A DNA stretch of 64,000 bases from assembly GCA_001244265.2 (NCBI GenBank), contig LN717261.1, forward strand, positions 124,001 to 188,000, written 5' to 3'. The DNA comes from Microbotryum violaceum (lineage: Eukaryota). This document shows positions 37,717 to 56,859 of the stretch, one piece after another. Under the pieces are notes generated by a model. That model worked only from the letters and a program-made list of their open reading frames with translations, was not told where the DNA came from and searched no databases. Each line of letters starts with the position of its first letter. Positions within the stretch are counted from its first letter, which is position 1. The position numbers and the translations under genes are program-made.

Positions 37717-43261
<5,545 letters not shown>

Positions 43262-43769
43262 CGTGTTTTTTTTGGACTCGAGAACAAAGAAGGGGTTGGG
43301 TAGTAAGACTGTCACTCTTACGCCCTGGTGGAGCCCTCTGAACGGAGGGAGGCGAGGCGAGGCGAGATTGAGAGGAGGGGGAAAGTCAAAGCAGCAGCTC
43401 GCTTGCTGGACGACGGCGCCGGCGAGCGCGAGGTCCCGGCGACGGACACAAGTCAGCACCAGAGTCCGCGCTCAAGTTAGTATTCGACAGCGCTGCCTAT
43501 GTCGATGTCTCCCGAACGGATTTGGAAAATGATGAGGTATTAAAATAAAATAAAACCTGGATTGCATCATGTTGAAAAAAAGAAAAAAAAAACCAAGTCG
43601 AAGAGAGTCCCGAAAATCCACAGAGACAAGGAAAACACACACGAGGGAGGGAAAAAGTACCCAAGTCCAAGAAGGAAGAGCCAGGAAAACCCCTATAATC
43701 CCTTGTAATTCCCTCCTCCTTGGTAATTCAGAGCGAAAACGCACTGTTCCTCATATCGGGTCCATGTTT

Positions 43770-45929
43770 CTAAACGCTCGAGATCTCCGAGGTCTTGGCC
43801 TCCTCGCGGTGCTCGACCCTCTCGGCCTTGGCTTCGTGGATGTTGGTCGCATGGGTCTTGCTGAACAACAGATCAATCTCCTCCAGACTCTTGCCCTTGG
43901 TCTCGGGGTAGAAGAGGTAGATGACGGGGACGAACGAAAAGTTGAAGACGCAAAAGAGGATGTATGTCTTCCATCCAATATTGTCGATCGCAATCGGGAA
44001 GATCTCGACAACGGTGAAGTTGATGATCCAGTTGCAGCACGTCGCGAGCGCCGTACCCTTGGCGCGGATGCGAAGAGGCAAGATTTCGGGAGGGTAGACC
44101 CAAACGGTGGCTTGGAACCCGATCGTGAAGAGCGAGAGGTACACGAACGCGAGCACGACCGCAAAGATGCCCATACCGTGCGAATTGGCGGCCTTGTACT
44201 GGATCTGGTGCGTCGCACCGCACATGCACGCAAAGATGATGCCCATGCCGGTGATCGAACCGAGGAGCAGGGGCTTGCGGCCCAAGCTGTCGATGAGAGC
44301 CCAGGGGACGAACTGGGTCACAAAAATAATCGATCGCTCATCAGTCAAAGGGTTCTCATCACCCAAGCTGCAATCGCTTCCCTTCGACTCACACTCATGC
44401 CGAAGAAAACGGTGAAGAGAGCACCCGAGAGCAAGGAAGCCTTGTCATTGTCGAAGCCGAGCGAGTTGGAGAAAAGGAAGTTGGCGTAGTAGATGATGGC
44501 ATTGATACCGCCGAGTTGCTGGAAGAATTGGATCGAGCATGCGATCAATAAGCGGCGGCGGGTGCCCATCTCGTCGTTGGCAAACATTTGCTTCCAGCCC
44601 GTGACCATAACCGCCTTTTCGTACGCGACCGCATCTGCGATTTCCTGGTACGACTCGCGAGCCTCGGCAGACGAGATATCGACGCCCTTGAGCGCGGCGA
44701 CGACGGCGAGGGCCTCCTCATCACGACCATGATTGGCGAGCCATCGAGGCGACTCCTTGACGATGAACGAGAGCACGAAGATGGGAACGATGATGACGAG
44801 CTGAAACAAAAGAGGGAAGCGGAACGCGAACGAGGTGGTGTAATGCCGTGTTGTTCCGTAGTCGAGCCAGTAAGCGAGGAAGATACCAAAGTTGAGAGTC
44901 GAGAGTTGCGCGCAGACGTATCGACCACGCGAGGCCTTAGGCGAGACCTCAGCTTGCAAGACGGGAGCAGTCGAGTTGATGAGACCCATGCCGAAACCGG
45001 ATACGATACGGCCTACGATTAGTTGCGGCTTGCCATAGGCCAGACCTTGGAGGAGAGCGCCGGCGGTCATCAAGACGGCACCGACGGAGAGTGACTTTTT
45101 TCGGCCCTAGAAGTGAAAAAGTTGGCACCGGTCAGCTACCCGATCACGGAACATTGACTGTGGCTGTGCAGATAATACTTACAAGGCGTTCACCGATGGA
45201 CAAGGCAATGACAGCACCTGATTAGGAGTATATGCGTCACAGGCGGGAAGTCGGTTGAAGGGAACAGGAGGCAATAGAAAATCAGGTGAGCGAACCGCGC
45301 ATCGATCACCGGCGGTGGTGCCGGGAGATCAGATTCGGGCACTTACCAAAGAAGCAGCCGACTTCGTAGATAGCGACTGTACATCACAAGACAAGATAAC
45401 AGTACCGAATTCAGTCGACTGTGATGATCAGAGGAGCCTATGCGCTCGACCTGGGCCGCGGACCCTTGCCGATCGGCGGAGGTCTGCCAGCTGCCGGCAG
45501 CAGACAGTCGGGAACGCCTTGCTGGCGTCCCGTGACTGGCGACTCAGAGGGGGGAACCGTTGCATGGCCACTCACCAATGGTCGAGAGCGTAGACCCAGA
45601 CGGGCTGTCGAACGTCTTGTTCCATGACGTTGTGCCGGTGAGACCACCAATGACGCCATTGTCATCTATATCATGTCAAGAGAAGGACGGGCGGAAGACG
45701 CAACCGGGTCAGCCTCGGGTACGTAAAATCCATTTCGGCACGTGAACGCAGGAGCGACCGCCGGCCTGCCTCGCAGGGCACAACCAACAGGTGAGGATCC
45801 GCGACTACGACGGACGATGCCGTCTGTTGCAAATCAGGGACCAAAGAAGGGGAGGCACTTACATCCGATGAGCATGAAACTCAGCGAAGTGAGCAACGCA
45901 ATGTTGAAGAGGGCCGGAGATATTCCCAT
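43770..45929 (-). CDS. MFS sugar porter (STL1-like)
   Basis: DNGVIGG, GRIVSGFGMG, KESPRWL, QFFQQLGGINAIIYY, PPEILPLRIRAKG and YPETKGKSLEEID. Confidence 0.92.
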
Positions 45930-47479
45930 TTTGGCAAAGTGTGGATCTCGGGTCAAGGGGTGAAGTGTGAGAGAGAGAGAGCGAAAGGAAGGCAACGCCC
46001 GCTGACGTCGCTGACTGTCGTCTGAAACTCGGAGAGGTGCTGAGAGGTGAGGAGACTAGGTGCGCTAGTCGATCGGCATGTCGAGACAGAGTTTGAGCGC
46101 GTGGAACGGAAAGGCAGTCGAAGTTGAGGTTAGGAGGTAAAGAGACGAGTTAGGCACAAGTCCTGGACTCCAAGTCGGGATCTTGAAAAATATGGGGCAG
46201 GAAGCGTGTGGAGTAAGCAGGAGGAGAAGAAGCACAGACCCCGCGCCCGATTCAATGGGAGAGAATCGCCTGGGACTTGGCTGAAATGACCCCGGGATCA
46301 GGCCCACCCTTTTCTGCACCCACGAAAGAAACTGGTTTTTGGCTCACCCCACAGCGGTATCGAAGCGCCAAAAGCCCATGCCCGACGCCCCGTGCAGTGC
46401 TTGCCTGTGGGTTCTTCCTGCGCAAAAATTGAATGTGGGGGTCGGGGTTACCACTTTGGCGAGGAAGCGTGGGGAAGATCGCTGGTTAGTGAGTGGTTCG
46501 TCTCGCCCTGGCGCCGATCACTCCAACGCCCCCCCCCCCCCACCCGCGCGCTGATTTCCGAGTCGGTTTTTGGGTGTGCGAAAGCGCTGACCGAGCGACA
46601 CAAAATTACATGTTGGTGGTCTTGAAAGACCTGAGTGCCGCGGCAGAGGCGCCGACTTGACGCTCGTTCTTTTGGTGCACTTGTTTCCTGTCACGTGCTC
46701 GTAGTTTTGACAGCCATGTGGGCCCGTCATGTTCCCGTGCTTGGAAAGCGATCAAGGCCGGAGAGCGCGTAACCCGCGTAACCCCTTTCCTTGGGATCTT
46801 GATCTTGCGCTAGGAGCTTCGGCAAAAATTCTACATCTCCTCCTCTCGTTCACATGACAAAAGGAGACGCTGAGGTTCTATACTTGGAAAGTCATGAGTG
46901 GCATTTTTGAAAGAACGGGTTGTTCCGGTTCTGCCTTCTCGGGATCCAAAGGCTGGTCCAAGAGCGGCAGAGCGGCACTGTTCCGCCCTTGAAAAGCCCC
47001 TGACGAAACGCCAGTGCACGACATCTCGCAGATGAAGCTCAGTCGCCTCCAAACGCGGCGACTTGCCGACTCGCGCGTCGTCGACTCACCGCGTAGTCGT
47101 CTCGTCGGCTTTGCCCTTCCCAGTCGCGGTCGGAGATGACAGTCAACTTCGGCCGATGATGGAAGGGAGCTGGTGCACGATCTACGACGCGCTCGACGAC
47201 TGGCACCAACTGTGACGTGTCTGCTGACCCAAACTTGGCGCGCAGAAAGGCGGGGTGTATCTATTTCCGCTCCAGTCAGAATTGGACGTCACCCCACGCC
47301 AGGTGATCTCTTCACGTGACTTTCGCCCTCCCGCAGTAGTAACTGGGTCCCTTTTTTGTCGGCCCTGTCATAAACCGGCGCACATTCCCTTACATTCCTG
47401 GCCAGGTCTAACTCAACTGTTGACTAGTCCTTTGCTGTGACCGGAAGCGACTTCTCCTTGAAGCTCCAACTTGAACGGA

Positions 47480-49518
47480 ATGGCCGACTCTCAGGTTCTA
47501 CAGCGCCAGACGATGCACTGCAGTGGGCGGACATCGAGCGCAAGCGTCCCCCACGCCGACGACCCGGAGCGTGGGGGTAGCGGGAGCGCCAAAGCGGACC
47601 GCCCGCTACCGCCCGTCGAGAGCCCGCGCGGGTCGCTCGCTTGCGGCCAGCAGCGGAAGCTCAACAGTCTACCACTCCCAGTGCGTCATCCGAAGCCTTC
47701 TTCGCGGAGGGAATCTGCACCAAGTCCATCAGCACACGCACGGACGCCGGTCACAAGCGCCCTCTTCCGCAGCTATGGCCTCTTTATCGACCCTGTCAGC
47801 GTCGAGCGCGATGAGCTACGCCGCGGCGTTGGATCTGGTGCGACCTTCTTCGCAGCTCGGACGCGACGCGAATGTGTCGCACCACGCTGCAAGCGATGGA
47901 CCGTTCATCGCGTTCCACTCAGACTTTGCTTCTATCGTTGGTGCGAACCCCACGTTGGATCTGATCGCCAGTACTGAGAAGAGTCAAGGGGGTACGCACC
48001 CATTTCCGACTGCGCCCACCCCCACTCACTGCCGCCCCCCGCCTGTGCAACCTCGTTCGCGGTCGAGCGAGCGCCGAGCGGCTGATGCGCCCCACACTGA
48101 CCCCCACTCTTTATCCATCGCCCAGGCAACGGCGTATCTTTGTTCCACGAAGCTGGCGTGTGGGCCCCCCAAAAAAAGGGTAGCGACCAAGGTGACGTCT
48201 ACATCACGTCCAACATCATCGGCAACGACCGCGATGGTCTCGAGATTAAGGTTTGCCGCCTGCGTTTCTCGACCTCGTCGGAGTCCGCGGCCAGGGTCGC
48301 ACCGTCGGTGAGTCCATACCCAAGTACTCGCGCAATTCCCTGTCCAAACTAATGCACAAGCTTGTGTTGTGCAGAAATCCGACTCGTCGGTGCTTGTTGT
48401 GCCCGGGATCGAGTACGAGGACTTGCAGCATCTCGCGGATGAGGTTGTCATGGCGAACGGTGCGACCGCGTACGGATCCAACATCCTCTGGTGCTCCAAG
48501 GTCAACACAAAAAGTTCACTGCTCCGCTCCGAAACAAGCTCGAATCGTCCAAGGACCCCAAGGATGATCGTGTGGCGGGCTCACTTATCCTGGTCCGTTG
48601 ACCTCTTCACCCGAGAGGACCTCAGCAGAATCGCTTGACTTGACGGTGGGCCCATGCTGATGCGGTATACTTGGCCTTTGAATTGCTTTTTAGAGTGAAC
48701 CCCAAGCCGACGGAACGTTCAAGAATCGGACTCTTCTCAACCACTTCCGAGGCCGCGAATTCAACGCCCTCAACGATGTCGCCGTCCACCCGCAATCGGG
48801 CTGCATCTTCTTCACAGACCCGGACTACGGTCTCGAACAAGGCTTCAAAGGACCTTCGCAGCTTCCAAACGGAGTTTGGAGGTACTGCCCCAAGACGGGT
48901 GCTCTGGGAATGGTCGCGGATGGTCTTTGCAAGCCGAATGGGATCGTGTGCTCGCCTAATGGAAAGACGTGCTATGTCACCGATACGGATTACATCCATG
49001 GCGATGGTACGATGGTTTCGACGCGCATGGGCGCCATGTACGTCAGTTTTCTGCTCATCATCGTCTTCGTAGCACGAGTGGCCCCTGAACTAACTTTTCC
49101 CTCCCCTCCTGCGTGCCCCCAGCTACGCGTACGACATCCACCACTACGACAAGATCCCCCAACTGCACAACAAACGCCTTTTCGCCCTGGTCGACTGCGG
49201 TGCACCAGATGGAATTAAAGTCGACGAACTCGGCAACATCTACACTGGCACATTCGAGGGCGTTGATGTGAGCTGCATGCCATCGTGGCAGCTTTCTGTC
49301 AGCAAGCGTCGAGCTGACCTGTTTCTCTCTAGGTCTACCACCCTGACGGATACACTCTGGGCAAGATCGTAATACCCAAGGACGACGAAGGTAATCAACG
49401 AGGATGTGCGAACCTCGTCTTTGGCCCCAAGGGCAAACTCGTCATTCTCTCCGAGACGACGGTCTGGATCGCCTCGATCGCGCAGAGCGGGGAGCTTAAA
49501 GGGCTCGAGGTGGCATGA
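47480..49518 (+). CDS. SMP-30/gluconolactonase family protein (start uncertain)
   Basis: FHEAGVW, PNDVAVHP..IFFTDPDYG, KPNGIVCSPNGKTCYVTDT and GAPDGIKVDELGNIY. Confidence 0.85.
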
Positions 49519-49708
49519 TTGAGCAAAATGCAGCTCGTGCTCAGGGCTCATCGCTTTCTAATAACATATTTGCTTCAGTCTCGTATCAGCAGTATAGTAT
49601 CACCACAAACGCATGTAACGGAAGATTTCACCCAGTCTTGCAGTCACAATCCGACTTCACATCAGACAACATAAGTACAGACCAGACCAATTTGGGTGTA
49701 CCCGCCCC

Positions 49709-52526
49709 CTAAACGGAGATTCGTTTCATCAAATCCGGCACCTTGTAAGGCTTGGTGACGACATCATCCATCCCTGCCTGGAGCCCCATCTTAATCTGCG
49801 CCTCCCTCGCATTCCCGGTCAACCCGACAATCCTCGTCTTGCGACTCTTGTCCCTCTCCTCGAGTGCACGAATCGCCCTCGTTGCCCCTAGTCCATCCAT
49901 AACGGGCATCTCGTAATCCATAATGATGCACGCTATCTTGGCACTGTGCAAATGCAACAGCTCGAGCCCTTCCTGACCATTCTCAGCGAGCAAAACTCCC
50001 TCGGCCCCAGATTGGAGCAATTGCTTGCGCAAGACGGTGCGGTTGATCTGATTATCCTCGCAACAGAGGATCGTCTTGCCCGCCAAGGGGAGAATCGGTT
50101 GCTCGGAGTCCCCTTCGGCTTCTGGCAGGCGAGGATCATTGTTGAGTTTCATGCGTGGGGCTTGACCGGGACGGGCTTCGGTGATGCCTTCGATGACGGG
50201 GACTCCGTCCGCCTCGGCTTCCGTCGCTCCGGCGTCGACGGAACGGGCGGTGATGAAGCAACGGAAGATCGAGCCTTCGCCGACTTTGGATTGCACTTCG
50301 ATACGCCCGGCTTGCAACTCGCACAAATCTGCAGGGGGCTGAGCGGCGTCAGTAATAGCGACATATTGCAACGACACGGATATGTTCTGCTCGACCTACT
50401 CCGAGCGATCCACAGACCGAGTCCAGAGCCTCCCATCGTCGAATGAGTGAACGGGGACGCCTGCGTGAACTTTTTAAACAACTTCGACGTCTCCTCCTCG
50501 GTCATACCCGGTCCCGTATCCGCAACCGAGAAGAAGAGGTAGACAGGCCGCTGCTTCTCGATGTAGTATTCCGTCTCCGCCGGCGGTACGATCTGGCCTC
50601 CTCGATCCGGGGGCTGGCCCGACACCTCGACGGATAGCACGACTTTACGAACAGCCGATTTGGCCGTGAACCTGACTGCGTTCGAAAGGAGATTGACAAG
50701 AACCTGCGACAGACGCGTCGGATCCGCCAAGACGCGGGCATGCGGGCCCAATCGTTTGAGCGAGTTGCCGAGCGATAATTCGAGCTTGATTCCTTTCGCC
50801 TTGCATTCGCTCTTCCACATCCGGCATATGTTGCGCAGCGAGGCGATGAGGTCGAACTCGATCGAGGCGATCGTGTACTTAGAGAGCTGGATCTGAGCCA
50901 AGCCCAGAATGTCATTGGCTATTCGCTCTTGCGCGTGGCCGCATTGGATGATGGCGTCGCATGCCTCGATGTTCTCTTCGACTTGTTCGATTGTTTTGCG
51001 TGTGAAGCAGAGAGGGAGCTCATTCGTCTTTTCGAGGCGTAGCATAGATGCATATAAGCCGTCCATAGACGATCGGGTTAACTCGGCGTTCTGAAGAATG
51101 GCCGAGATGGGGTTGCGCAGTTCATGTGATGCAACTGTTGGAGCATAGTAAGAGTGAATCATCAGTGATTCTGGTTGAATGCTTTGAATCCGAAGGGATA
51201 CAAGCCAGCTCACCATCAAGGAACAGCTCGGTCGCCTTCTTCTCCTGCACCGCCTCGGTCGCCCGTTCTTCTGCAGCCTCAGCTGCCTTCCTCGCCAAAG
51301 CCTCATTCTCTACACTCAGCGCAACCACTGCCTGCTCTGCAACGAGCTTCGCCCTCGCACTTTCTTCCTTTTGCCGCAAAAAGTGTAGCTCGTCTACCTT
51401 AAACTTGGCCACACTTTGGGTGGAGAGCACGCCGAGTCGAATAAGGATAGGTCGGGATACTTGGTCAGTAAGCAAATGTGTGCTGTAAACCTTCGAACCC
51501 TTTATGCGCAGACTCACTTGGTCAGCGATCCAACCATCGCGTACGGTTTTCCATCTTCATCGCAGAGTGGGGCGACTGTTGAAACTGTCCAATTTTCGCT
51601 GTCGTCGCCCCCTAAGGACAACCATCGGAATTCGCACGAATCGCGCTGATGATGTGCGATGACTGACGAGTGAAGACAAAGATGCCATGAGCTACAGCTT
51701 CAGTGCAAGTTGGGTGAGGAAGCCGAACTCACGCCGGTCGCGGTATTCGGTCACCACGGGGATGTCTTCCGGTTCGATCTGCGAGGTTTTATTGGGCAGC
51801 TAAAAGTCAGATGTCCACTTTCCAATCGCCCCTTGGACCCCGGAACTCGTCGGCCCGTGGGCGTCGTTGAAAGTCTAAACCACTCACCCGCTCCCCCCAC
51901 CTATCGTGGTCCTCCTGTCCATACATGCCTGTTATTTTGAGCCACTCTTTGTTGACCCACAAGACGGAGCAGTCGAGGCTCATCGTCAGCAGGCCTATTG
52001 GGGCTTCGTATGCGGCCGCCGCGAGCTCGTTCCGAACCGAGGGGAGGTTCGAGGCCGTCAAGACGAGTAGGCGACCGTGGCGCGAGATCCTCCACTTGGA
52101 AGTGTAAGCGCGATCTTTGAAAGCTTTGGTTTTGGTCAACCGTAAGGTGAGCATGTTGCGCTTGTCCTTGTTGTATGGTGTCTGTGGTAACTCCCGCCCG
52201 CCAGCGCGTGCAGTCTGGCCATCAGAGAATCCTCGGCATGCTTCGAGCAGTGCTTGCAAGGGCGACGCATCCTCGATGGCGTCGAGAAAAGAAGAGCGAG
52301 AGGTGCCAGGTCCAAAGTAGTCTCGCAACGCCTCGTTCTCCAAGTGAGGCGTAGGGAGCTGTGACTTGAGGCCGGCGGCCCTTGCAGTATCAGCAGCAGC
52401 AGTCTGAGAGCCTGGCCCGCCGCCGCAGTCCTTGCGGCTATCGCCGATCGTCCAGGCCACCGTGGGCGTCTCGGATTCGAGGATGTAGTCGATCAGCTCG
52501 ATGGGTAGATCCTTGAGAACAGCCAT
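49709..52526 (-). CDS. Hybrid histidine kinase (PAS-like, HisKA, HATPase, receiver)
   Basis: H-box SHELRNPISAI, QVLVNLLSNAVRFT, DTGPGM, GGSGLGL and receiver EDNQIN...IMDYEMPVMDG...TKPY. Confidence 0.92.
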
Positions 52527-53228
52527 GAAGAGGTCGGCGTGTTGAGTTGAATTAAGAAGGGGAGATGGGCTGAGAACAACCTTCTGCCAGCCTTCAGCAA
52601 CAGTTAACGTGCCTGCTCAACGTTGACCGTCTTTTTGGCTCGAAAGCTTGTCGTCCAACCGTCAATTACCCGGGCATGTAGCCGGTGGCGTTCGGGCGGC
52701 AGGCTATAAGGCGGCCGCGCGCCTCTGCTGCGCACCTGATGTGGCCGATGCCGAATCGGCCTCGAAAGGCCTAGGCTCATTCCGAGGCTCGTGGCCGCGA
52801 CGGTGTCAAACTTTCGATTCACAAAAGAGCAGGCCGAGATTTCCACAAAAGCCGCGGGGACTGCGGTCACCTCAGGTACCTCTGAGAAGATGAAAAAAGA
52901 AGGTATGTTTGGCTTATTTTTCAAACGTTAACTATTTCGCTTATTTTTACTTTTTATTGTTTTTGTCCTTTTTGTGGTTTTTTGCCATTGACTTAGTAGT
53001 GCTAATTATAGAGTCAAAGCAAACTGAGCACTAGTTATTATTTAGCGTTTCATACCGGCAATAACTGACTTAACTGTAATTAGATAATGACAACCTATCA
53101 TTAAGATAGGAATAGCATGAAAAAGAATTAACATTATCCAACAATATAGACAAGTGAAATTTACCTCAAACGTCTGACATCCTCTTGCATCCATCAACAG
53201 CACCTACCCTGCGTTTTTATTTCTGTCA

Positions 53229-53455
53229 CTAGGGCTTGTTGGCGCTGTATAGCTATGCACTTATCTCCCTGCGTGATTCAACTTGGTCGTGGCTGGCTTG
53301 CCCGACCGGTGGGGGGAGAAGATCGGCGCGCGCGCGTGCGGCTGAGAACCTTATTTGGTGGAGGTGTTTTGAGGTGCAAGATTATAAAAAGTAGTAGATA
53401 GATGTAGATGGGTAGATATATAGAAGTAGACAGTAGATAGAAGTAGATAGATAGA
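53229..53455 (-). mobile_element. Possible short non-autonomous Helitron
   Basis: The minus strand begins A|TCTATC...TCTACTAC (Helitron-like 5' ends, reiterated) and ends CTAG|T at 53229. No clear subterminal hairpin. Confidence 0.4.
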
Positions 53456-53585
53456 TCGCAAGACCGTTCACGACCATCTCCCCACTGGTTACGCCCAGCC
53501 CCTATTTGAAGACTGCGTCCCGCATGCTCTTTAGTCACGAGGTTGTTGCCTCGAACCACCGAGAGTTGGTGGACCCATCAGGAAA

Positions 53586-55660
53586 CCAGTGGGAACCCGT
53601 TAAATTAACGGGAGGATGAAATTCAGATAGCAGGATAATTGTACAGTCTACGCGATTTCAGGTTAAAAACCCCAATACGCAGAAGAAACAAAATCCATTC
53701 ATCCTACATTCATCGCCAAAACAGCCTGCATGTCGCTTGCTGCCAGACTTGGCTTCAAACACTCGTGCAATGAGATCCGGACGGTTGCATGCTTTGTCGT
53801 TCGGCCCCAGTGCAGCCTTGGTTTGCGGTGATTCAGGAACGCACGTCATCGTGATGAGCAGCGGAGGCTTTCCATGTTTGACAACGCACGCCATCGCATC
53901 CTGGTATCGCTGCATGATGTCGCGCGGTCTATTCTTGAACATCGAGCCCAAAGTCATCGAGCGTTCAACTTGGTCCGGGGTTAAGTCGTTGATGCCTTGG
54001 GTCGTGGTGAGGCGTAGGTTTTCTTAATGCAACTGGATGTAGTTGAGTCGATCGGCCTCAGCCTGGGAGTATCTTTCGATCACGAACGCCGGGAAGGGAC
54101 GTCGAGTGCCATGCGGGCTTGTCGCGTTTGTGCAAGTAGAACGCAAAGGATTTGAGAACACGAGACTCACCACCTTGACCCCCTTTACTTGACCTTCGTC
54201 GTAGGTGTTCAAACATTCAATATCAGTCTGTGCTCGCGCCTTAACAGAATGGGAACACCCGAGGAGGAGCCAAAGATGCTTATGTTCACCATCACCGTTC
54301 TTTTTGTCCCCTTCCTCCTCGTCCTCACCTTCTTTGTTGCTGTCTTTTGGCGAAGAGTGGCCCAACTCGATCGAACCGCAAAGAGGAATGTTGGGGTGGA
54401 AGCCATCTTCCCCCGCGGGGAAGAGTAGTGGGTACCGGAGAGGCATCGCAGACGGATGGAGCGAGCTAACGATTTGGTACTTGGGCCGACCATCGGGACA
54501 TCGATCACTGTGCACCTGGAGAATAAGGTCTTGCGGTCCACGATCTCCCGTGTTGGTGTCGGAATCGCAGATAAGCATCGTCATTTCCGTGCTCGACGTA
54601 GGAAGGTTGTGGGTGCGTCGGTCTCGGCCTGGTGGTAGGCAGAGGCGCAGGACCCACTCTTTGGCCGTATCCCAACCCGCGCGGGCTTTGGCCGATGCGA
54701 ACTCCCTCACAAAGCGATTGCCGGTGCGCAACATGGACTCGAGCTTGGTCAAAGTAGATCGTTGCATGTGACTGTCTGCGCCGTCGGGTTCAAGTCGAGT
54801 GTCGGTGGCCTCGGCCGGGTTGATCAGCCATGTCTGGGCAAAGGCTGGGCGTTGATTCACGGCAGGGATCAGGGCACCGAGTCGATCATAGAGGCGGCCG
54901 AACACACGAAACACGGGAGGTCCTAGAGTGCCCACTTGGGTTTGGTCCCAGCAGTAGGCAGCGAGCGAAGTAAAGGACGACGCGTTATTGTAAGACCGGG
55001 CATTCTCGCGGAATGCTTTAGCGTCTGTGTAGGTGCATCACACAGTTCAGCATGTGGGTCTACTGCAGACGAACGTTGTTGGACGGAGCAACTGACCGCT
55101 ATCCGAGCCTTGAAGAAGCTGCCGATACTCGAGATTGGCCTGGGGAGGGGGAGGTAGCCGCACCTTGCCCTGCGAAAACGTGGGGCTTGAGGGGTTTGAG
55201 CGCGATTCGAGCCCGGCGCACTCGCCTTTGCGGAGGTGGTGGTGGTGAGGCGAGCCCAGCGTCGAGTTGGCCATCGCGCTGACCACGCTGTCCGTTCTGC
55301 ACAGCTGCACGGCGGGCTCGTATACGTGTCGCAATGCCAAGATCGGTTAAATTGTTGTCATGACGCGCCGGGGGGCTGATTCTGTTGATCGGAGCGGGAC
55401 GAAGAGGAGGGTCGAGCCGCGGGGCGCCCAGCAGCGGGCGCTCGAGCAGGCCCATGGTAGCCCATGGTACGGCGCTACCCTCCAAGACTTGGCGAGGTTG
55501 CGATGGCCCTCCCTGAGTCCCTGGCGACCTTGGGACCGGGACATAGCAGCGAGGGTTTGTTCTTGAATGAGTGTCACTAAAATTGGATGAGAGTGAGAGG
55601 GAGAAAGGAAAGGTTCGAGGGAGTGGCGCAGGAGTATTTACGTGGTTTGATTTGTTGTTC
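53586..55660 (-). mobile_element. Internally deleted Helitron with Rep N-terminal remnant
   Basis: RYQDAMACVVKHGKPPLLITMTC...NRPDLIARVF and HPSAMPLRYPLLFPAGEDGFH. The 3' end is hairpin CCCGTTAA-T-TTAACGGG followed by CTGG|T at 53586. No helicase is present; the 5' end was not fixed. Confidence 0.85.
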
Positions 55661-56005
55661 AACCCCTAATGCCGCTGGTCGACTGTAGGAATGACACTGA
55701 CACCGCCGGCGCACCGCATCACGTGACAAACGCCAGCCCTCGCCTCGCGCGTCAGGCAGAGCTCTGCTGTAGAAGCAATATCATGCAAAGCCACGCGCTT
55801 GCAGTTCGTTAAATACCATATGAGTGGAAGCATTGTTTTATGTCAGCGAAAAAAAGAAGGAAAATACTGGGAGCGCTGTAGCTTCGTTGGAACGGCGCGG
55901 AAAATACAAAAGTCACCACAGGGCTTGTACATGACTTCTGATCGGAACCCCGACACCACAGGCAGGTGCGGCAGACACAACAGTATGCTGGCACATCCAC
56001 CACAG

Positions 56006-56029
56006 GCGGCCCTCCGGGCCGCAACCTAG
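56006..56029 (+). mobile_element. Helitron-type 3' terminus
   Basis: GCGGCCC-TCC-GGGCCGC hairpin, then AAC CTAG|T. Confidence 0.6.
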
Positions 56030-56859
56030 TTAAAAACAGCGATTTTAGGTACATTCCTTAACTCACACTTTTTTTTTACTAGTTAGGGTAATAGTTACTA
56101 GTTAGGGTAAAGAGCCGAAGTCAGGGGCTTGGCTTCACGCTCCTAAGTAGGAAACGATCGCGAATGGAAAGCTGCGTGGGACGGGATGCTGGTGAAAGAA
56201 GAATACTGTCAGAGCTTGCGAGGGTACTGGGGACGAAACGGAGATGGGGAGCTAGAAGCTTCAAGATTCGCAAGTTCGTTCCGACGGCCTGACTCTCATC
56301 CGCGCAGTTCGTGAGACGAATCCATGAATCGCTTAGGAGACGGCAGTAGTGAGCCTCTCGGTTGCATCTTTCTGTAAACAAGACAAGCTGGGATCTACGA
56401 CTGAAAACTTAAGACTCCTCGAGGGCTGAAACGCCACCCCGACGCACTCATTGCTTCATAGTGCTGCTCTCATTGCTCAGTGCAGATGCCTGACATGGTA
56501 TAGGAGTGCTCAAATGGTGTGCACCCGAGATTGAATACCTGAATATCATTCTGCGAGGCGAGAACACGTGCGCTGGGCCGGCTCGCCAGACCTAAAAGGC
56601 TAGCGGGTCTTGACTATCGAACACCGAGCCTGAGGCCTAAGCGGTTACGAAATGTTCGTGGAGAGAAGCAGTCGAGGAAAATTGCGCCTGAAGCCGAAGG
56701 AATTCGGCGCGGCGACGGGCTTCACGTCACTTTGTCCTTCTTATCGTTAAAAACCGTCCGTTTCATTAAAAAGCTACAGTAGGAGGTTCGTCGAGACGAC
56801 CCTGAAACATGCTGGCGTTCAAAGTCGTCTAGGGAAACAGGTGTTTTCGCGACCCTCGT

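Noticed and set aside
52480-52526. F-box-like start LKDLPIELIDYIL of the histidine kinase
   Set aside because: The rest of the F-box consensus is missing; too short to support a fusion.
52602-52932. AGTTAACGT...ACGTTAACT inverted pair suggesting a TTAA-targeting MITE
   Set aside because: Only 9 bp and largely self-palindromic; no second copy in the window.
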